Source of the DNA: a virus
Virus record (IMG/VR): IMGVR_UViG_3300048838_001252
Location: 18,446 to 82,445 of that record
Direction: 5' to 3' (one strand)
DNA: 64,000 nt
The notes beneath the pieces were generated by a model, which was given only the letters and a program-made list of their open reading frames with translations, was not told the origin of the DNA and did not search any database. The position numbers and the translations under genes are program-made. Shown here one piece after another: positions 58,909 through 64,000 of the stretch (positions are counted from its first letter, which is position 1; the number at the start of each line of letters is the position of its first letter).

Positions 58909-58982
58909 GCCCGGATGACGGAACTGGCATACGTATTAGATTCAAAACCTAAGTTTTGTGGGTTCGACTCCCACTCTGGGCA
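58909..58982 (+). tRNA. tRNA-Leu(CAA), short variable loop
   Basis: TTAG(A)-TTCAAAA-(C)CTAA; body close to Leu(TAG) at 53877. Confidence 0.82.
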
Positions 58983-59069
58983 CAAATTAGTATTTATATA
59001 AAACTGCATTTTATCATGAAAGAAAAATTTAAAGTCCTGTAACGCAACTCAAATGGTGCGTTCAGGAAA

Positions 59070-59372
59070 ATGGGAAACAAAAACATTGTAGATAATACCA
59101 CGAATCGTGGTGAATTCAACCGTGCTTACAAAAGATATCTTGAAGGCAAGGGAAAAATCAGTTGTACTTATTGCCGTTATCATCGTAACGAAAACGGTAA
59201 AGGTAGAGGATATTATGGTGGATATGAAAGAACCAACGGTCATGTCAAAATAATTTATCCAAACTGGAAACTTGTTTCAAGTAACCGTAAGCAATGGATG
59301 AAAAAATCGATGAAAGTCGTTGAAAAAACTGTGCGCTGGTCAGGCGCAAAATACATCGACATTACTTGGTAA
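59070..59372 (+). CDS. Basic hypothetical protein
   Basis: C..C..H, PNWK...NRKQW. Confidence 0.55.
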   Translation: MGNKNIVDNTTNRGEFNRAYKRYLEGKGKISCTYCRYHRNENGKGRGYYGGYERTNGHVKIIYPNWKLVSSNRKQWMKKSMKVVEKTVRWSGAKYIDITW

Positions 59373-59382
59373 TGTCGATTAT

Positions 59383-59455
59383 GGCGGGATAGCTTAGTTG
59401 GTAAAGCACTTGAGTCATAACCAAGAGACCGAGGGTTCGAGTCCCTCTCCCGCTA
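59383..59455 (+). tRNA. tRNA-Met(CAT), elongator (Ile2 not excluded)
   Basis: GGCGGGA/TCCCGCT-A, CTTG(A)-GTCATAA-(C)CAAG. Confidence 0.8.
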
Positions 59456-59460
59456 CAAAT

Positions 59461-59487
59461 AAAAAACCCATCGAATTCGATGGGTTT
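59461..59487. terminator. Terminator closing tRNA array 2
   Basis: AAACCCATCGAA-TTCGATGGGTTT. Confidence 0.7.
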
Positions 59488-59501
59488 AAATTTCCAACAT
59501 G

Positions 59502-59774
59502 TTATTTCTTCTTTTTGTTCAGCCATTCGAACAATCTGTACATGCCATAGGCAGCAGATATAAACAACCAGAGTCCAAGAATTGTTTCTGCACCGGGAAC
59601 TCCTTTTTCATATATCATTGAATATGCTGTAAATATCACAACATAACTAATGGTAATCATCCAATTATTTTTAAACCATTCTTTTACTGCTCCCCATTTA
59701 GGAAGTACCCATTTTTTAATGGCTACCCATTTAGCGAGAAGCCATGTTTTAATTTTTTCCCATATTTTTTTCAT
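59502..59774 (-). CDS. Small two-TM membrane protein (holin-like?)
   Basis: Amphipathic Trp/Lys N-terminus, two TM helices, basic C-terminus. Confidence 0.5.
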   Translation of the reverse strand: MKKIWEKIKTWLLAKWVAIKKWVLPKWGAVKEWFKNNWMITISYVVIFTAYSMIYEKGVPGAETILGLWLFISAAYGMYRLFEWLNKKKK

Positions 59775-59804
59775 AATTTTCGTTTTTATATTTTTAAATA
59801 ATTT

Positions 59805-60641
59805 TTACACTATAATATGTTCAGACCACTCAGGCATATTATTTTCTTCAGATATTGTTGCTGCTTGACCTTGTACAAATTTTGCTGTTTTAATTACTCT
59901 GTCATTCAAAAGTTGTTCCAGCAATTCATCTGATATTTTAGCATAGGATATCTTAGTTCTATATGTTCGATTCGTTTTATACTTCAACAATTCCGGGTTC
60001 TTGGATTCAACTGCAGTTATCTCAACCGTATGATATTTTCCTCTTTGAACAAGTTTTTCGAATAAATTAAAAATATAATCCATATCGTTTGTGAAAACAT
60101 TTGGTGTCGTAACCGAAACAAAGAAATTACTATCAATTTCCATTATGATTGCAATAAGTGTTTTCATATTTTCTTTGGTCTTATCAGACACGCCAAAATT
60201 TTCTGTATTAAATGCTGTCACATTAAAGCCTAAACCCATGTCGTTTATTCTTTTTGCTTCATTCATAAAATTAGTTCCATGAGCATCCCAACGGTCTTGT
60301 TGACCTGTTGTTAATAATTTTACGTGAATCATTTCATGTGCTAACGTGCTTTTAAAATTACTATATGGAATTTGATAGAACCCCGACATTGCCAGATGTT
60401 GAATTTTTATCTGACCGTCATAGTTGTTTTTTAAATACTTAACATGACCCAACGAAGTTTTTCTATTGCTCCAACGCATTGGTACTCTGGGTAATTGATT
60501 ATTAAAAAGCATTGAATTATACTTATTGTATTCTTGTTGTAAATCAATACTTTGAAAATCAACGATTTCGTTATCTTCATGTTCTTTGGCTTCGCCAAGA
60601 AAACTACTAATTTCTTCCTTAATTATTATATTTAATTTCAT
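59805..60641 (-). CDS. SprT-like zinc metalloprotease
   Basis: FNN.LP...W, LAHEMIH...H...F; start MKLNIIIKEE. Confidence 0.75.
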   Translation of the reverse strand: MKLNIIIKEEISSFLGEAKEHEDNEIVDFQSIDLQQEYNKYNSMLFNNQLPRVPMRWSNRKTSLGHVKYLKNNYDGQIKIQHLAMSGFYQIPYSNFKSTLAHEMIHVKLLTTGQQDRWDAHGTNFMNEAKRINDMGLGFNVTAFNTENFGVSDKTKENMKTLIAIIMEIDSNFFVSVTTPNVFTNDMDYIFNLFEKLVQRGKYHTVEITAVESKNPELLKYKTNRTYRTKISYAKISDELLEQLLNDRVIKTAKFVQGQAATISEENNMPEWSEHIIV

Positions 60642-60642
60642 A

Positions 60643-61302
60643 TTAAAAAGATACTCTACAAATTTGATTCTTGAAATCAAAATCTAATTCATTGACATAT
60701 AATCCACTGCTTAATGCTATTGAAACATTTTCTATTTGGAAATTCCATTGGATTTCTGATACATTTTTTTCTGTTTCCTGAACCAATTCGTCACTTTGTT
60801 TGTCATATAGATTCAGCACATAGATACCCTCAACCTTATCAATTTCAACATTAAAACTCTCAATACCATATCTATTAACCCATAAATTAACACTCCAGCT
60901 TATCATTATTTTTGTTCTATTGATATCGGCTTCATAATCAGATGAAAAATATTGATAATTATAAAAATCTGCATCAACAAATGATGAAAAATGTAGTCTT
61001 TCGTCCTTAAACACAGAAGATTCTGATAAAAAATTTTGAAATTCTTCATTTATTATTTCATTAATTTTATCATATCTATGATATATGTTTTTACCGTTAA
61101 TATCAACAACACTTAAACCATAAAAACTTGAATTGAGTTTTTCTGCAATTTTTAATGCTTCGCTCGGTTCAAATTTAATAACTTCCGGGTCATTAAACGG
61201 ATTTTTACTTGATTGATAACTAAAACTATTTGGTTGAATATTAGTTATATACTTTTTTTCTCCGTTCTTAATTATCTTTATAATTACTTTTGAGGCATCC
61301 AT
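60643..61302 (-). CDS. Hypothetical late protein
   Basis: Late motif at 61318; internal IINEE. Confidence 0.55.
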   Translation of the reverse strand: MDASKVIIKIIKNGEKKYITNIQPNSFSYQSSKNPFNDPEVIKFEPSEALKIAEKLNSSFYGLSVVDINGKNIYHRYDKINEIINEEFQNFLSESSVFKDERLHFSSFVDADFYNYQYFSSDYEADINRTKIMISWSVNLWVNRYGIESFNVEIDKVEGIYVLNLYDKQSDELVQETEKNVSEIQWNFQIENVSIALSSGLYVNELDFDFKNQICRVSF

Positions 61303-61364
61303 TCATAAACATTTTTTATAAATACTCGATATGTATTAAACTTCCATTCTTTCAAAACATGAGT

Positions 61365-62279
61365 TTATATCTCTTCCCGCTCAGAAATATCTTCAGGTTC
61401 TGCTTTCGATGTTTTGTCAATTAAATTGAAATACTGAGAATACTTTTCAAATTTAAACGCAGGATTATTCCACGTTCTACCAGCACCCGCAAATCTTTTA
61501 ATTTGTTTTAATTTTAATCCTCTAAATGGAACACCTGAACCAGATGTTACTGGTTTTTCTTTTGATAAGAAACTTGGCTGAAAGTATTCTGAATATTTTT
61601 CTTTAACTTCTCTTGATTTTAATGCTTCAACCATATTACCATTTTCATCTAAAACAAGAACTATTGAAAAAGACGATTCGGGTACAACAGATACTTCTTC
61701 TTGACCACTTCTATCAAATTTTACTGCGTTAAAACCGGGTACTTCAGTATATTGCCCTTTTCTTTGTTGAATTTCCCATTCAGGATTAATTCTATCAACA
61801 TAATCTTTATATGTCATTTCCCATCTGAACAAATATTCAGTTAGTTTTAAAAATCTTCCAACCATTGGATTTTGTTTGGGTTTTGCTAAATATCTGTCCC
61901 ATACACCCGCATATTGAGCCGTTTGATAACTACCTTTCGGTGCTTTTTCTTTCCAATATTTGAAAATATCATTAATTTCTTCTGCTTCTTGACTGCTGGC
62001 AGGAATTTCTGCTTGTGTTTCTTTTCTTGTTTGCAATACATAATCAAGTGTTTGTTGTACTTCTTCAGGAGAAACTGAATAAGAATCTGCCAATGTTTGT
62101 ATATCTTTTGGTGATAAGGAAGTTCTTGTTCCAAGTAATACGTTTATATCGTTTATCATTTCTTGAGAATATGAAGATTTTTGTTCTTCCACAAAATATT
62201 CTTCTTTAATTATAAAGTCAGAATTGACTTTTTTCATCATTTCAAAAAGCATTTGCTTACTATTGGTATTTTTTTTCAT
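61365..62279 (-). CDS. Putative internal head protein (LFEMM leader)
   Basis: MKKNTNSKQMLFEMMKKVNSDFIIKEE; late motif at 62293. Confidence 0.6.
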   Translation of the reverse strand: MKKNTNSKQMLFEMMKKVNSDFIIKEEYFVEEQKSSYSQEMINDINVLLGTRTSLSPKDIQTLADSYSVSPEEVQQTLDYVLQTRKETQAEIPASSQEAEEINDIFKYWKEKAPKGSYQTAQYAGVWDRYLAKPKQNPMVGRFLKLTEYLFRWEMTYKDYVDRINPEWEIQQRKGQYTEVPGFNAVKFDRSGQEEVSVVPESSFSIVLVLDENGNMVEALKSREVKEKYSEYFQPSFLSKEKPVTSGSGVPFRGLKLKQIKRFAGAGRTWNNPAFKFEKYSQYFNLIDKTSKAEPEDISEREEI

Positions 62280-62353
62280 AACAAATTTTTTTATAAATAC
62301 TCTATGAAATTCAAAATAGTTTGATATCTTTGTGTCTCAAATGCATTTATAAA

Positions 62354-62653
62354 ATGACGAACTATTCGTACAAATTATTCAGACAATTAAAGTCTGGTGA
62401 AATTACATCGCTATTCATCAATAAAACTGAACGATTAGAAAAAGGTGTCTGGCTCGAAGCCAGAGAATTTCCAACAGCAGGTTATAAATTCAGACCATTC
62501 TGGCATTGTACTGCAAAACCGGAAGCACCACATTTAAGTGAAAAGGGTAGAATTTGGTTAAAAGTGGAAATGCAGGATTATGAAATTTTCGAAAGACCCG
62601 AACACCAAGGTGGAAAATGGTTTCTCGCAAAAAGAATAAAAATTGTTGAATGA
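62354..62653 (+). CDS. Conserved phage hypothetical protein
   Basis: YKLFR, RP.WHC...P.APHL, QGG.WFLA; TATCTTTG promoter at 62325. Confidence 0.65.
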   Translation: MTNYSYKLFRQLKSGEITSLFINKTERLEKGVWLEAREFPTAGYKFRPFWHCTAKPEAPHLSEKGRIWLKVEMQDYEIFERPEHQGGKWFLAKRIKIVE

Positions 62654-62665
62654 CGGAATAAAGTT

Positions 62666-64000
62666 TTAAAGTTTTGATAATCTACCAAGTTGTGTATTTT
62701 TAGTTCCTTTATATTCATCATGTTTTTTAATTTCAGCAGTAAATGCAAAAACATCACCTTTACTGAACCCAAATAAATCTTCAGAACCTTCAGGTGCTTG
62801 TTCGATTACAAATTTTTCTGAAAGTGTGCCAAATTTCTTTAAAATATTACCCTTATCATCAACGAATGACCACAAATACCAAGTTCCAAATTGACCATCA
62901 CCACTTCTTGCATCAACTAATTTAGCATACGGTATTCTCACTTTCTCATTAACATTTCCAATCCATTGAGAATCTTTTCTTTCTGCTGCTTCAGCACTTC
63001 TTTTCTTTTCATTTTCGAAATAATTAATTGCTGATGCTAAAAATGCTGTGTCTTTTATTCTAAAATTTGGATGCGCTATAAGTTGTTTTACTTTTGCACG
63101 ATATTCATTAAACCCAATGTTTTTATCATATTCTGTGCCGTCATACTTGTCGGTCACAATATTTGGTGGTAAGGGGTCTAATGTACTTGCAAATTCTTTA
63201 AACTCCTTAACATACTGTCCATCAATTGGATAATTATTAAAATCTTCTCTATTGTCAATAATTTTTTCTGCTTTATCTGCACTGGCTTCACCGTCATTTA
63301 GTCTATATCTTGGTGCTCTGTCCGGGTATTCCCACTCACGTTTAGTGTAACCCTCATTTTCAATATAATAATGAAGAATTGAAATAACTCTATTAATATC
63401 AACTACACGGTTTGAAGGACTCATTCTATGTCCACCGCCACCACCACCTTCATTACCACCAAAATCGTCATCTAATCCACCCATTTCTTGAGTAAAATCA
63501 CGTAAATAATCAAGGGTTCTTATATACTTAGCTGGGTTAATGCCAATATATTTTTTAACACAGGAACTACCCAATCTTAAATATTTTCCTTTATCTTCAT
63601 CTTTAACGATGAAATTTTTTCCTCTATAACGTTCTTGATGACAATAATCACAATCTCCACTGCTTTCTAAATATTCTGGTGGTACGGGTTCTGTTTCATC
63701 GATTTCAATTGAACCTCCGGTCATGTTATCAACAACAGCAACTAATTTATTGTTGCCGGGTAATTTAAACATACCTTCGACTTTAACTGTTAGGTCGTAA
63801 ATATCAATTAAATATGTATCACAAGGTGGTATTTCACAGGGTATTGCAATTTTTTTCTGATAAACAGCACCTTCAATTACTTGTGGTTCAGGTAATTTCA
63901 GTTTTCTTGCCATTTTTCTTAATGATTCAATATTCTTATCGGCAAGTCTTTTCTTATATGTTGGAACTTTAACAGTAAAATCAACACCTTTTTTGTCTTG
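62666..64000 (-). CDS. Zn-ribbon plus OB-fold-like protein (5' truncated)
   Basis: Frame open to the window edge; CDYC, GSSC, C-terminal IKKHDEYKG.KNT. Confidence 0.6.
   Translation of the reverse strand, partial: QDKKGVDFTVKVPTYKKRLADKNIESLRKMARKLKLPEPQVIEGAVYQKKIAIPCEIPPCDTYLIDIYDLTVKVEGMFKLPGNNKLVAVVDNMTGGSIEIDETEPVPPEYLESSGDCDYCHQERYRGKNFIVKDEDKGKYLRLGSSCVKKYIGINPAKYIRTLDYLRDFTQEMGGLDDDFGGNEGGGGGGHRMSPSNRVVDINRVISILHYYIENEGYTKREWEYPDRAPRYRLNDGEASADKAEKIIDNREDFNNYPIDGQYVKEFKEFASTLDPLPPNIVTDKYDGTEYDKNIGFNEYRAKVKQLIAHPNFRIKDTAFLASAINYFENEKKRSAEAAERKDSQWIGNVNEKVRIPYAKLVDARSGDGQFGTWYLWSFVDDKGNILKKFGTLSEKFVIEQAPEGSEDLFGFSKGDVFAFTAEIKKHDEYKGTKNTQLGRLSKL

Noticed and set aside
1-64000. Stop-codon reassignment as in some jumbo phages
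   Set aside because: Core genes are full length in the standard code and no suppressor tRNA (CTA/TCA/TTA anticodon) was seen

Overview
This AT-rich window comes from a large T4-like myophage, most likely infecting Bacteroidota. Host evidence is TTTG-N18-19-TAnnTTTG promoters and a Bacteroidota-type lipoprotein. The left ~46 kb holds scattered virion genes: tail tube and sheath, gp13/14/15-like neck and terminator proteins, major capsid, scaffold, prohead protease, portal, large terminase and baseplate-like proteins. Nucleotide-metabolism genes (dUTPase, ThyA, MazG-like), a UvrD-like helicase and homing endonucleases are interleaved among them. The region 46.4-59.5 kb holds two tRNA arrays (about 25 tRNAs plus tRNA-like elements), a tmRNA and several unexplained structured RNAs. 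Main finding: each array is preceded by a short unannotated leader ORF, an antiterminator and a terminator. The leader codons match the amino acids of that array's tRNAs (Pro/Gln/His for array 1; Asp/Glu/Val/Ala/Leu/Trp/Met for array 2). This looks like ribosome-mediated attenuation that switches phage tRNA operons on when the matching host tRNAs fail. Also notable: three promoter classes, a shared N-terminal capsid-targeting-like peptide on many late proteins, long-variable-arm Pro and Gln tRNAs, and a circularly permuted tRNA-like RNA. All calls were made by eye, so RNA boundaries may be off by a few nt.
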